This document shows positions 17,706 through 25,723 of a DNA stretch of 64,000 nt, one piece after another. Position numbers and translations under genes: made by a program. Each line of letters starts with the position of its first letter. Position 1 is the stretch's first letter. A model generated the notes under the pieces. The model was given only the letters and a program-made list of their open reading frames with translations, did no database searches and was not told the origin of the DNA. Source of the stretch: an uncultured Candidatus Saccharibacteria bacterium (lineage in GTDB: Bacteria > Patescibacteriota > Saccharimonadia > Saccharimonadales > 2-12-FULL-41-12); NCBI GenBank assembly GCA_947085855.1, contig CAMTYB010000001.1, positions 21,788 to 85,787 of the forward strand, given 5' to 3'.

Positions 17706-18428
17706 ATGGATATGACTGCACTATTAACTAGGTCGAAGGATTCTCGGGCAGTTAATTTTAATGGGATTCCATGTTTAGATAACGGCGAGGTGTTGCTATC
17801 AGTAAAGCCTAATGACCGATTAGAAATTCGTCCGATCTGGGACGACCCCATAGATGAGATTGAAGGGCCGCTTTACGCTCAGTATATTAGTAAGCACCCT
17901 AATTATAATGCGGTGTTTGCTCGCAAGACTGTTGTAGCCATGCTAACTAGGGCCGCACACGAACTACCAAGCCAATATAAGCTAATCGTTCGCGCTGGCC
18001 ATCGCCCTAAAGATGTACAGCTGGAGCTTCTTCATATGGTCGCGCACAAACATAAGCTTGAAAACCCCGGAGTGAGTGAGCACGAAGCAATTACGTATGC
18101 TCGAGTCTTCGTGAGCGATCCTGCAGTAAAATTGCCACCGCATTGTTGCGGTGCTGCTGTTGATGTGGACGTATTGGACGTCAAATCAGGGAAGTTGCTT
18201 GATTTCGGTTGTCCGGTCAACACTGATAGTTCAATTGCATTTCTACATAGTTCAAAGATCACTAGCAGTCAAAAAGCTAACCGCATAATGCTACTCAAAG
18301 TCATGCTCAGGGCTGGTTTTGCGAGCTACTATGCAGAGTGGTGGCACTTTAGTTATGGTGATCAACTTTGGGCACATTTCTACAATCAAAAGAATGCACT
18401 ATACGGAGTCATTGAACCAGATGTATAA
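17706..18428 (+). CDS. D-alanyl-D-alanine dipeptidase (M15D, VanX/DdpX-like)
   Basis: RAGHRP..., HCCGAAVDVDV and YAEWWHFSYGD resemble the VanX/DdpX zinc-site motifs (SxHxxGxAxD, EWWH). Confidence 0.75.
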   Translation: MDMTALLTRSKDSRAVNFNGIPCLDNGEVLLSVKPNDRLEIRPIWDDPIDEIEGPLYAQYISKHPNYNAVFARKTVVAMLTRAAHELPSQYKLIVRAGHRPKDVQLELLHMVAHKHKLENPGVSEHEAITYARVFVSDPAVKLPPHCCGAAVDVDVLDVKSGKLLDFGCPVNTDSSIAFLHSSKITSSQKANRIMLLKVMLRAGFASYYAEWWHFSYGDQLWAHFYNQKNALYGVIEPDV

Positions 18429-18443
18429 TGGAGATAGAAACGT

Positions 18444-19475
18444 ATGAGTAAACAGACTATATTAACCGGCATTCGTGCCAACAACGACCTTCATATCGGT
18501 AACTATTTTGGCGCCTTGCTACCTATTGTAGACATGGCTCAGAATAAATCTGGCGAATATACAGTGAATCTATTTTTGCCTGACCTTCACAGCTTCACTA
18601 CGCCAATTGACTATAGCAAGTTAAAGGAGCAGATAGCACAGACGATCCGTGTATTTGCAGCAGCTGGCTTGCCACTGGATAATCCAGACGTCAATGTGTA
18701 CCGTCAGAGTTACATCTCGGCGCACAGCGAGCTCACCTGGATTCTTGATTGCTTTACTGGGTTTGGTGAGCTAAGTCGGATGACTCAATTTAAAGATAAA
18801 TCACAAAAGCTGCAGGCTGATCGGATTAGTGTCGGCCTCTTCAATTACCCTGTATTAATGGCGTGCGATGTTCTGCTTTACAATGCGACCTATGTGCCGG
18901 TTGGTGATGATCAAAGTCAGCATCTCGAGTATATTCGTGATATTGCTCAACGATTAAACGCACAGTTTAACCAGGAATTACTGATAGTGCCGGAATCAGT
19001 TAAAAAACAGCATGAGTTTTTTGGAAAAGACCAAGGTTTACGCATCAAAGACCTGCAGGACCCACGTCGCAAAATGAGTAAAAGTGAAGAATCCGATAAA
19101 GGCGTCATCTTTTTGACGGATGAACCCGAAGTTGCTCGCAAAAAGATCATGTCAGCTGCAACTGATGATATTGCCAAAGTGCAGTATGATGTAGCCAACC
19201 AGCCTGGCATTAGCAACTTATTGCAAATGTTAGCTTTACTCCGACATACATCAATTGATGAGGTTGTAGAAGAATTTAGAGCTGAAACTTCATACGGCTC
19301 CTTTAAAGCGGTGGTTGCCGACGAAATGGCTGCGCTCTTGACCGATTTTCAACAAAAACTGGCACAGGTGGACGATAGTATTGTTCAGGCAAAGCTTGCC
19401 GAATCCGAAGCGACGGTTCGCCCAGTGGCTGAAGCTACATTGTTACGAGTTCAAACAGCTGTTGGTTTACGATAG
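18444..19475 (+). CDS. trpS: tryptophan--tRNA ligase
   Basis: TGIRANNDLHIGNYFGA (HIGH), KMSKSE (KMSKS), ~340 aa class Ic size. Confidence 0.9.
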   Translation: MSKQTILTGIRANNDLHIGNYFGALLPIVDMAQNKSGEYTVNLFLPDLHSFTTPIDYSKLKEQIAQTIRVFAAAGLPLDNPDVNVYRQSYISAHSELTWILDCFTGFGELSRMTQFKDKSQKLQADRISVGLFNYPVLMACDVLLYNATYVPVGDDQSQHLEYIRDIAQRLNAQFNQELLIVPESVKKQHEFFGKDQGLRIKDLQDPRRKMSKSEESDKGVIFLTDEPEVARKKIMSAATDDIAKVQYDVANQPGISNLLQMLALLRHTSIDEVVEEFRAETSYGSFKAVVADEMAALLTDFQQKLAQVDDSIVQAKLAESEATVRPVAEATLLRVQTAVGLR

Positions 19476-19483
19476 GTACTCGA

Positions 19484-20344
19484 ATGCGTCTTGATGTGTA
19501 TTTGCAACAGCAGTATCCAGATGTTAGTCGGGCAATGCTGCAGCGACTTATTAAAAACGGCAAGGCTACGGTAAACGGCACCGCAGAAACACGCCGCAGC
19601 TACTTGGTTAAAGACAGTGATTCTGTTGTTTTAGATTTTAGCTTTGAAACAGCTATTTCAAGTGATCAACTTGAGCTTGAAGTCCTCTATGAAGACAAGG
19701 ACTGCGTTGTGATTAATAAACCAACGGGTATCTTGACCCATAGCAAGGGTGCCTTTAATCCTGAGGAGACAGTGGCAAGCTGGCTGGCGAGACGGCCAAA
19801 CTTTACATTTGCCGACGAGGAAGGTGATAATTTTCGCAAGGGTATTGTTCATCGCCTTGATCGCGCAACGAGTGGTGTGATGATAGCTGCTAAGAATGAA
19901 GCAACTCGCAAGCACCTGCAAAAGCAATTCCATGACCGGAAGGCCAAAAAGACCTACGTAGCCCGCATCGAGGGTGTCCTAGAACCGGTTCAAGCCATCA
20001 TCGACGTGCCAATTGAGCGCAACCCTAAGCAACCACAGCGATTCCGAGCTGGTCATAATGGTAAGTCAGCGCAAACTGAATATGAGAATCTGCAAACAAT
20101 TGTAACTGCTCGCGGAACCGATAGTATTGTCACATTAAAGCCTACGACTGGACGCACCCATCAACTGCGGGTTCATTTAGCTCACCTGCGTCACCCAATT
20201 GTTGGGGACACCTTTTACGATGGACGCAAAGCCAGCCGGCTATTCTTGCATGCTCAGAGCTTAGAAATTACTATACCAACATCTGATAGACGAACGTTCA
20301 CCGTACCAACGCCTGATAGCTTTTTTGCGGAGAATACGTTATGA
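19484..20344 (+). CDS. RluA-family 23S rRNA pseudouridine synthase (RluD-like)
   Basis: N-terminal S4 domain (RLDVYL...), catalytic HRLDRATSGVM, ...GRTHQLRVH. Confidence 0.88.
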   Translation: MRLDVYLQQQYPDVSRAMLQRLIKNGKATVNGTAETRRSYLVKDSDSVVLDFSFETAISSDQLELEVLYEDKDCVVINKPTGILTHSKGAFNPEETVASWLARRPNFTFADEEGDNFRKGIVHRLDRATSGVMIAAKNEATRKHLQKQFHDRKAKKTYVARIEGVLEPVQAIIDVPIERNPKQPQRFRAGHNGKSAQTEYENLQTIVTARGTDSIVTLKPTTGRTHQLRVHLAHLRHPIVGDTFYDGRKASRLFLHAQSLEITIPTSDRRTFTVPTPDSFFAENTL

Positions 20345-21207
20345 CACAACTTCTCATTCACCCATACACGCAACAGCAGTTAGAGCAGGTGATACATCAG
20401 TCGCCGCATGCCATCGGCCTATTTGGCGAAGCTGGGGCGGGGAAGGCACAACTAGCCCGCCACCTGGCAGCGCAGTTGCTCGACAGTGCACCCGAGCAAC
20501 TGGCGAGCCATCCATACGTTTTGCAGCTTGATTGTGCGCGCAAAACTGGCATTGAGGAGGTTCGAGATATGCAACGTTTCCTGAGCCTAACCGTGCCAGG
20601 TCACCAGGCAAAGAGGCGCTGCGTCATTCTTGAAGATGTTCACTACCTCAGCACCGAAGCTCAGAATGCCTTACTAAAAACACTCGAGGAACCACCAGCC
20701 GATACAATTCTCATTGCTACTTTTAGTGATAGCCGAGCTGTACTAGCTACCATTCAATCGCGCTTACAAGTGGAGCGCGTGTTGGCAATTGATTTTGAGC
20801 AAGTGTTGCAGACGTACGGATCAACGCACAGTCCAGAAAAGCTGCAGCGACTGTATTACATGAGTGGCGGACTAGCTGGCCTTCTAACTGCCTTGCTAGA
20901 AGATAGTCATGAGCATCCGCTCGTCGTAGCTGTTAACCAGGCCCGACAATTATTGAGTAGCACTCGCTTTGAGCGAATTATCGCTGTCGATTCGCTCACC
21001 AAGCAAAAAGATATTCCGGTATATGATGTAGTGGACGGGCTGTATAGATTACTTGAAGCGAGTTACCACCAAGCTGTCCGCAGTTCGCAAATAGTCAAAA
21101 CCAAGACTATTGCTACGCGCTTAAGTCTCGTTGATGAGGCATTGCGGGATTTGCGCCATAACGTTAACCCTAAGCTCGTACTTGATCGACTCTTCATGAG
21201 TATCTAA
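20341..21207 (+). CDS. holB: DNA polymerase III subunit delta'
   Basis: HAIGLFGEAGAGKAQLARHLA, NALLKTLEEPPADT. Confidence 0.8.
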   Translation: MTQLLIHPYTQQQLEQVIHQSPHAIGLFGEAGAGKAQLARHLAAQLLDSAPEQLASHPYVLQLDCARKTGIEEVRDMQRFLSLTVPGHQAKRRCVILEDVHYLSTEAQNALLKTLEEPPADTILIATFSDSRAVLATIQSRLQVERVLAIDFEQVLQTYGSTHSPEKLQRLYYMSGGLAGLLTALLEDSHEHPLVVAVNQARQLLSSTRFERIIAVDSLTKQKDIPVYDVVDGLYRLLEASYHQAVRSSQIVKTKTIATRLSLVDEALRDLRHNVNPKLVLDRLFMSI

Positions 21208-21230
21208 AAATGCTATAATTAAAGTACAGT

Positions 21231-21878
21231 ATGTACGAATTAGCTCTAGTATTTGGTCTCGGTCTACTTACGATACGATCGTTCAAACCTCACGAACCAG
21301 AAGTTGAGGTTCATCGCTTTGGCGACAAGGTGGGTAAATTGTGGGACATTGTTCATCAAGGCATGCGGGAAAATCGCTTATTGCGAGCCGAAAAAGCCTT
21401 GCTTACTATCCTTAAGATTGATCAAAAAAATGCCGCTGCCTATAATCGCCTTGGCATTTTGTACGCTAAGCAAAAGGAATATAAGGATGCGATTGATTGC
21501 TTCGAAATTGCCTGTAGCATTGAACCAACGGCCTCTAGCCTTCATAACCTCGGTTTAATCTACTACGAGACCGAAAACTACCAAAAGGCAGTCACAGCCT
21601 TTGAGGAAGCAATTAAGCTTGAGGGCACACTGGCAGCTCGACATATGGCATTAGCGAAAGCACTCGAACGACTCGGCAATCAAAAGGCTATGATCGACAA
21701 GCTCGAGATCGCTGCAGAACTCGAGCCAAACAAAGAAACGTTTACCATTCTGGCACGAAGCTACCGTTCACTGGGCATGGAAGACAAAGCCGATATCGTG
21801 GAAGACAAGCTAGCTAAATTAATCTTGCCAGCCGGACACAAACAACGCGTTAAACGACCAAAACGAGTCGTAGTCTAG
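21231..21878 (+). CDS. TPR-repeat protein with N-terminal membrane helix
   Basis: Repeated AxxYNxLGxxYxxxxxYxxAIxxFExAxxxxP units; N-terminus MYELALVFGLGLLTI. Confidence 0.7.
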   Translation: MYELALVFGLGLLTIRSFKPHEPEVEVHRFGDKVGKLWDIVHQGMRENRLLRAEKALLTILKIDQKNAAAYNRLGILYAKQKEYKDAIDCFEIACSIEPTASSLHNLGLIYYETENYQKAVTAFEEAIKLEGTLAARHMALAKALERLGNQKAMIDKLEIAAELEPNKETFTILARSYRSLGMEDKADIVEDKLAKLILPAGHKQRVKRPKRVVV

Positions 21879-22528
21879 TCTTCGTCACTCATTTCTTTGA
21901 GCAGTTTTTCCTTATCTATCTCTAAAGTAGTTACTCGAGGATTACGGATAATCTTCTTATCCTGGAGTTCCTTCATGACAACTGCAACGCTTTCGCGCGT
22001 TACACCTACAAGATCAGCTAATAGTTGATGGTTGATCGAAAACTGTACCCGCCACCAGCCACTCGGACGCTGCGTAGCATGTCGCACTACCAAGAATCGT
22101 AACGCCACCAGTAGCTTATCGTGCTTTGTGGTTTTACCAAGACTGCTCAGACGAACGAGCAGTTCATGAACGTCTTCAGAGAAATTTTCCGTCAGTGTTA
22201 ACGCGAGTTTGCTATCTGTTTGAATTTGCTTGCGAAGAACCTTCTGGTCAAGTATGTATACGTCGCAATCTGTTAAGGCGCCGTAAAACCAATTGGTAGT
22301 AGAATCAACTCCTGTGAAAAAGGCGAACGGAAATAATGCCGGTGCCTTAATAATGTGAAGGACCTTTTCGTTGCCTTGCTCGTCAATATCGTAAACCTTG
22401 ATGACGCCTTTTTTTATAACAAAGACGTCCCTAACTTCATCACCTTCGTATTGAATAATTTGACCTTTTGGAAACTGTTTCACGCGAGATTCCTTAAGAA
22501 GTTTCGCTAAAGAATTGGGAACAGTCAT
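21875..22528 (-). CDS. Crp/Fnr-family transcriptional regulator
   Basis: cNMP-binding beta-barrel (FPKGQIIQYEGDEVRDVFVIKKG) and C-terminal HTH (LADLVGVTRESVAVVMKELQDKKII). Confidence 0.85.
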   Translation of the reverse strand: MTVPNSLAKLLKESRVKQFPKGQIIQYEGDEVRDVFVIKKGVIKVYDIDEQGNEKVLHIIKAPALFPFAFFTGVDSTTNWFYGALTDCDVYILDQKVLRKQIQTDSKLALTLTENFSEDVHELLVRLSSLGKTTKHDKLLVALRFLVVRHATQRPSGWWRVQFSINHQLLADLVGVTRESVAVVMKELQDKKIIRNPRVTTLEIDKEKLLKEMSDED

Positions 22529-22705
22529 CCCTATATTTTACGGCACGTTTGCATACAACAAAAGCCAAATGTCATATCTCATGCAGTAAAATATTTAGAA
22601 CCTAACTGTGGGTTATTCTTGCAGTATGAGCGATAAACTTTACTGCTGGCTTAGAGCTTGTTGTCTAGTATGATAAGTGCCACGTAATGCAAAAGGAGGG
22701 TCATT

Positions 22706-22861
22706 ATGGCAGACAATACAAGTAAACGAGGCTTCGCAAGCATGAATGCAGACAAACAACGTGAGATCGCCAGCAAGGGTGGAAAGGCCAGCGGGGGCAA
22801 CTTTAAACATGATCCCCAGCGGGCCAGTGTAGCTGGAAAAAAGGGCGGTGAAAGCAGTTAG
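22706..22861 (+). CDS. KGG-repeat general stress protein (YciG-like), 51 aa
   Basis: Not in ORF track. MADNTSKRGFASMNADKQREIASKGGKASGGNFKHDPQRASVAGKKGGESS; RBS AAAGGAGGG 5 nt upstream. Confidence 0.75.
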   Translation: MADNTSKRGFASMNADKQREIASKGGKASGGNFKHDPQRASVAGKKGGESS

Positions 22862-22889
22862 TTAGATACCTTCACCTCAAGGTAGATAG

Positions 22890-22921
22890 AAACGGGAGCT
22901 GGTGAGAGCTCCCGTTTTGTT
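22890..22921. terminator. bidirectional rho-independent terminator
   Basis: aaacgggagct / agctcccgttt 11-bp stem with 6-nt loop, A-run before and T-run after; sits between convergent genes. Confidence 0.8.
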
Positions 22922-24252
22922 TATAGGCGGTCGAGTTTTGAGTGCTTATAGATGTAGAAGTCTCGAAAGCCGTCAGACAGCATTGACACGTAGTTCTCCT
23001 TAAATAACAGGTCATCCATACGTTTTGCTATAGCCTCATTGGCAATATTTTGAGCAAGTAAGTCGTCTAATTCTGCCCTGATCATGTCAAGAATCTGAGC
23101 CGCACCTTCGCCTCGGTAGACAATGTAACCGAAATTGTCTAGTTGGTATTCTTTACCATCTATAGTTTGAGTTTGAGAGTATCTTACGCCGTGCTCTTTG
23201 ACATGATTATCGTATTCAGCGCCGTACTTAATCTGATCTGGGTCACCATCGCCACCGGGTTCCGGGCAGATGACATCTGTGACATAGTCATTAGGTGTCT
23301 TGCTATTGAGGCGCTTCTGAACGAGCATGGCCACTCTAAACGGTGAAGGTGGTGGCGTACCAGGTTCGCTGCTTGTCTGCTCAATGACTGTAGGCAAATC
23401 GTCGCGATGGGTCATGAGCCCAAACTGTTGCTCAGATATATTATATTTTTTGTAAATGCTTTTCAGTAAGGTAGTGAAGCCAGCAAGATCTCCCTTAAAG
23501 AAGCACGTGTAGATGTAGTTCTTGAAGTCATCTTTAGACCACGGTTGAAATGCACCGGTTTCATCCTCTGACCCTAGTCCAAGTGTTATAGCATCGGTTA
23601 TAACCTGATCAAGCAAACCAAGGTAATCACCATAGGTTTCGTGCACGCCAGGCAAGATGTCTGAAGCCAGCATCTCAGTAGTCGCTTCATTAAACGCCAC
23701 GAAATAATCAGAAGTTAGTTCACCTTCTTTGCCAGCACGTATATCTAATCCAAAGAATCTTCGAAAACCGACATTATTATTCTGCGTAATCGGGGAGTGC
23801 TCAGTAACACGCTCGCTATCATCCCATGAATTGTGAGACAAGAAGTGAACGTATTCGTGAACAAACACCTTCATTTGACTAACAGGATCATCTTTAATTT
23901 TGCCTGTGATGATCGCTATTTTATTTTCTGCCGAAGAGAAATAGCCTGCCCATTTAGGGTATTCCGCTGACGCAGCCATAAAGTGAACCTCTGGGAATGG
24001 CAGATTTTCTCTTGTTAATGCGTTGTCGCTACCAAGAATTTCATCAACTTTAGCGTTAACAAGCTCGACACCCTTTTGTACAATCAACTCTGGTTCAGCC
24101 GCATGCTGCTCCTGACCACGTATTACCTGAAAAACACCCGGTTGAAAATCAGTTCCTGGCTGTACACCGTGGAATTCATTATAGTTTCCCAACAACTTCT
24201 CTGGTTCATGTTGCATTATGTATATTGTATCATACAGATACTGTTTTGTCAA
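22921..24252 (-). CDS. putative zinc metallopeptidase (gluzincin-like), 443 aa, no signal peptide
   Basis: VFVHEYVHFLSH (HExxH) followed ~45 residues later by FNEATTEMLA (NEAxxE-type third ligand). Confidence 0.55.
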   Translation of the reverse strand: MTKQYLYDTIYIMQHEPEKLLGNYNEFHGVQPGTDFQPGVFQVIRGQEQHAAEPELIVQKGVELVNAKVDEILGSDNALTRENLPFPEVHFMAASAEYPKWAGYFSSAENKIAIITGKIKDDPVSQMKVFVHEYVHFLSHNSWDDSERVTEHSPITQNNNVGFRRFFGLDIRAGKEGELTSDYFVAFNEATTEMLASDILPGVHETYGDYLGLLDQVITDAITLGLGSEDETGAFQPWSKDDFKNYIYTCFFKGDLAGFTTLLKSIYKKYNISEQQFGLMTHRDDLPTVIEQTSSEPGTPPPSPFRVAMLVQKRLNSKTPNDYVTDVICPEPGGDGDPDQIKYGAEYDNHVKEHGVRYSQTQTIDGKEYQLDNFGYIVYRGEGAAQILDMIRAELDDLLAQNIANEAIAKRMDDLLFKENYVSMLSDGFRDFYIYKHSKLDRL

Positions 24253-24264
24253 TATAGCATGTAT

Positions 24265-24702
24265 CTATGATGGCTTGGAATGCTGACGTAGATTGCTAAT
24301 GAAAGCTGCAATAGCATGCTCAGCGCTAACAAGGTCCTCATATTCGAGTATTGTGGCTCCGGGACTGCCGCCAATCATAGCTGATAGCGTGCGGCCGCTT
24401 GAGGGTCGAAATAGGCACAATATCGGTTTGCCCATCTTTTCGGCAGCTGAAATTTCGTAGCCAACCCCAAGACTCGGGTTTGTGACTTCTGCGATGACTG
24501 CATCTGACTGCCCAATCCAACGTATGTCATTGCTCCATATGTCACCTGAAGCCTTCTGTGTACCTTCGGTTGTAAGAGTTTTGTCGGCAAAAAATTCTGT
24601 GAGTACTTCGCTATACTTTTTAGCAATAGTAACTATATCTTTGTAGTGTTGCACATCCTGTCTTCCACCTCTGATAGAGCAGGCAAAGTAAATTTGCTTC
24701 AT
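24265..24702 (-). CDS. 2'-deoxynucleoside 5'-phosphate N-hydrolase (DNPH1/Rcl-like, nucleoside 2-deoxyribosyltransferase fold)
   Basis: IYFACSIRGGRQD...VLTEF...AVIAEVTNPSLGVGYEI...KPILCLFRP.SGR.LSAMI.G closely parallels DNPH1; start set to ATG 24702 (track TTG 24807 adds an atypical 35 aa; no clear SD for either). Confidence 0.8.
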   Translation of the reverse strand: MKQIYFACSIRGGRQDVQHYKDIVTIAKKYSEVLTEFFADKTLTTEGTQKASGDIWSNDIRWIGQSDAVIAEVTNPSLGVGYEISAAEKMGKPILCLFRPSSGRTLSAMIGGSPGATILEYEDLVSAEHAIAAFISNLRQHSKPS

Positions 24703-24866
24703 AAACCCATGGTACAGTATCGTTTGTGATGCCGGAATTATTTTGCGGTCCTGGATACCGTTGCCCAACCTTCCTTGACAAGCAAGCTGGTTTTCATTGC
24801 CGGGCAAAATACTCTGGGTAAAGTGCTCTGCCTGACAATGATTTTACAGACAACCAGGCATCGTAA
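24703..24866 (-). promoter_or_regulatory. long structured 5' UTR of the DNPH1-like gene (candidate cis-regulatory RNA)
   Basis: ~165 nt between predicted promoter and ATG with stems GCCUG/CAGGC, UUGCCC/GGGCAA, AACC/GGUU; no known riboswitch consensus recognised. Confidence 0.3.
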
Positions 24867-24896
24867 ATTATACCGTTTTGGTTCTGGTTCTCGCAA
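24867..24896 (-). promoter_or_regulatory. putative promoter of the DNPH1-like gene
   Basis: Minus strand TTGCGA (24896-24891), 18 nt, TATAAT (24872-24867). Confidence 0.5.
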
Positions 24897-25030
24897 TGCT
24901 TCTATCAGCGGTGTAGGATATCCCCGCCTACTCGGCGGCTTTACTCAGTCATGCTCAATGCAAGCACCTGCGCGTGGCTTCGTTCGGCCGAACCTCGGCT
25001 ACGCCGTACCGTTCTCATTTACTGACTCTT

Positions 25031-25062
25031 GACCAAAACAAAAACCGGCTTTGCGGCCGGTT
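25031..25062 (-). terminator. rho-independent terminator after tRNA-Tyr
   Basis: Minus strand aaccggc-cgcaaa-gccggtt followed by tttgtttt. Confidence 0.7.
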
Positions 25063-25069
25063 CTAGTTT

Positions 25070-25155
25070 TGGTGCAGGGTGTAGGATTCGAACCTACGAA
25101 GGCATAAGCCGAGAGATTTACAGTCTCTTGTGTTTGACCGCTTCACTAACCCTGC
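25070..25155 (-). tRNA. tRNA-Tyr (anticodon GTA), long variable arm, encoded CCA
   Basis: Minus strand GCAGGGT TA GTGAAGCGGTCAAACAC A AGAGA CTGTAAA TCTCT CGGCTTATGCCTTC GTAGG TTCGAAT CCTAC ACCCTGC A CCA. Confidence 0.95.
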
Positions 25156-25541
25156 AGATTATGGGTGACCTTAAAGGTGGAGTACTTAGGATGTTCTATG
25201 AACAACTCATTTCTTGCTTGGACAAGCTGCCATGGAATGAGGTACATTGCATCTCTCGCAGTATAAACAAAAAGGATATCAAATGCATCACTACTGTACT
25301 TTTTAGCCTTATACCTCGACATATTGCCGCCTGTGGTGCGAAGACCAACTCGACATGTTTTGTCCTTAGAATAGTAAATACCTGCGTATTTGACTTGAAC
25401 CTTCATGAGCTTACCGTCAAGTTCTACAACGATGTCATAGTCAGTTCTGTCGCCAATAGGCAAGCACACCTCGTATCCTGCGTGAATGAAGTACTTTATT
25501 GCTGAGGCTACAGCAATATCACCCTTCTGTTTTGTTAACAT
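25146..25541 (-). CDS. PD-(D/E)XK endonuclease, group-I-intron-associated / homing-endonuclease-like family
   Basis: KGDIAVASAIKYFIHAGYEVCLPIGDRTDYDIVVELDGKLMKVQVKY matches the family pattern (KGD.AE...GY.V..P.GD...YDL.V...GK...VQVK); ATG 25541 preferred over track GTG 25550; stop TAG 25148-25146 lies inside tRNA-Tyr. Confidence 0.7.
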   Translation of the reverse strand: MLTKQKGDIAVASAIKYFIHAGYEVCLPIGDRTDYDIVVELDGKLMKVQVKYAGIYYSKDKTCRVGLRTTGGNMSRYKAKKYSSDAFDILFVYTARDAMYLIPWQLVQARNELFIEHPKYSTFKVTHNLQG

Positions 25542-25581
25542 ACGACCCACAATAGTAGGTTCACATTAAATATTTGTTAAC

Positions 25582-25656
25582 TGGAGCCATCTCCGGGATT
25601 TGAACCCGGGACCCCATCCTTACCATGGATGTGCTCTACCCCTGAGCTAAGATGGC
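25582..25656 (-). tRNA. tRNA-Thr (anticodon GGT), encoded CCA
   Basis: Minus strand GCCATCT TA GCTC AGGGGTA GAGC A CATCC ATGGTAA GGATG GGGTC CCGGG TTCAAAT CCCGG AGATGGC T CCA. Confidence 0.95.
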
Positions 25657-25723
25657 AAAATAACCAAGTTACTATAGCAAAAAACTAGTGATATTTAAAG
25701 GGTAACTAGCACTTTACATAAAG

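Noticed and set aside
24762-24778. Minus-strand AAGGAAGGTTGGGC, which resembles the RNase P RNA P4 5' strand (GAGGAAAGTCCGGGC).
   Set aside because: There is only one loosely similar motif. The RNA would have to extend into the DNPH1-like coding region, and no matching 3' P4 strand (ACAGAA..CGGCTTA) is present.
24775-25505. Plus-strand ORFs 24775-25032 (85 aa) and 25029-25505 (158 aa).
   Set aside because: The second runs antisense through tRNA-Tyr and the PD-(D/E)XK gene. The first covers the GC-rich noncoding segment with no RBS or motif. Neither is credible as coding.
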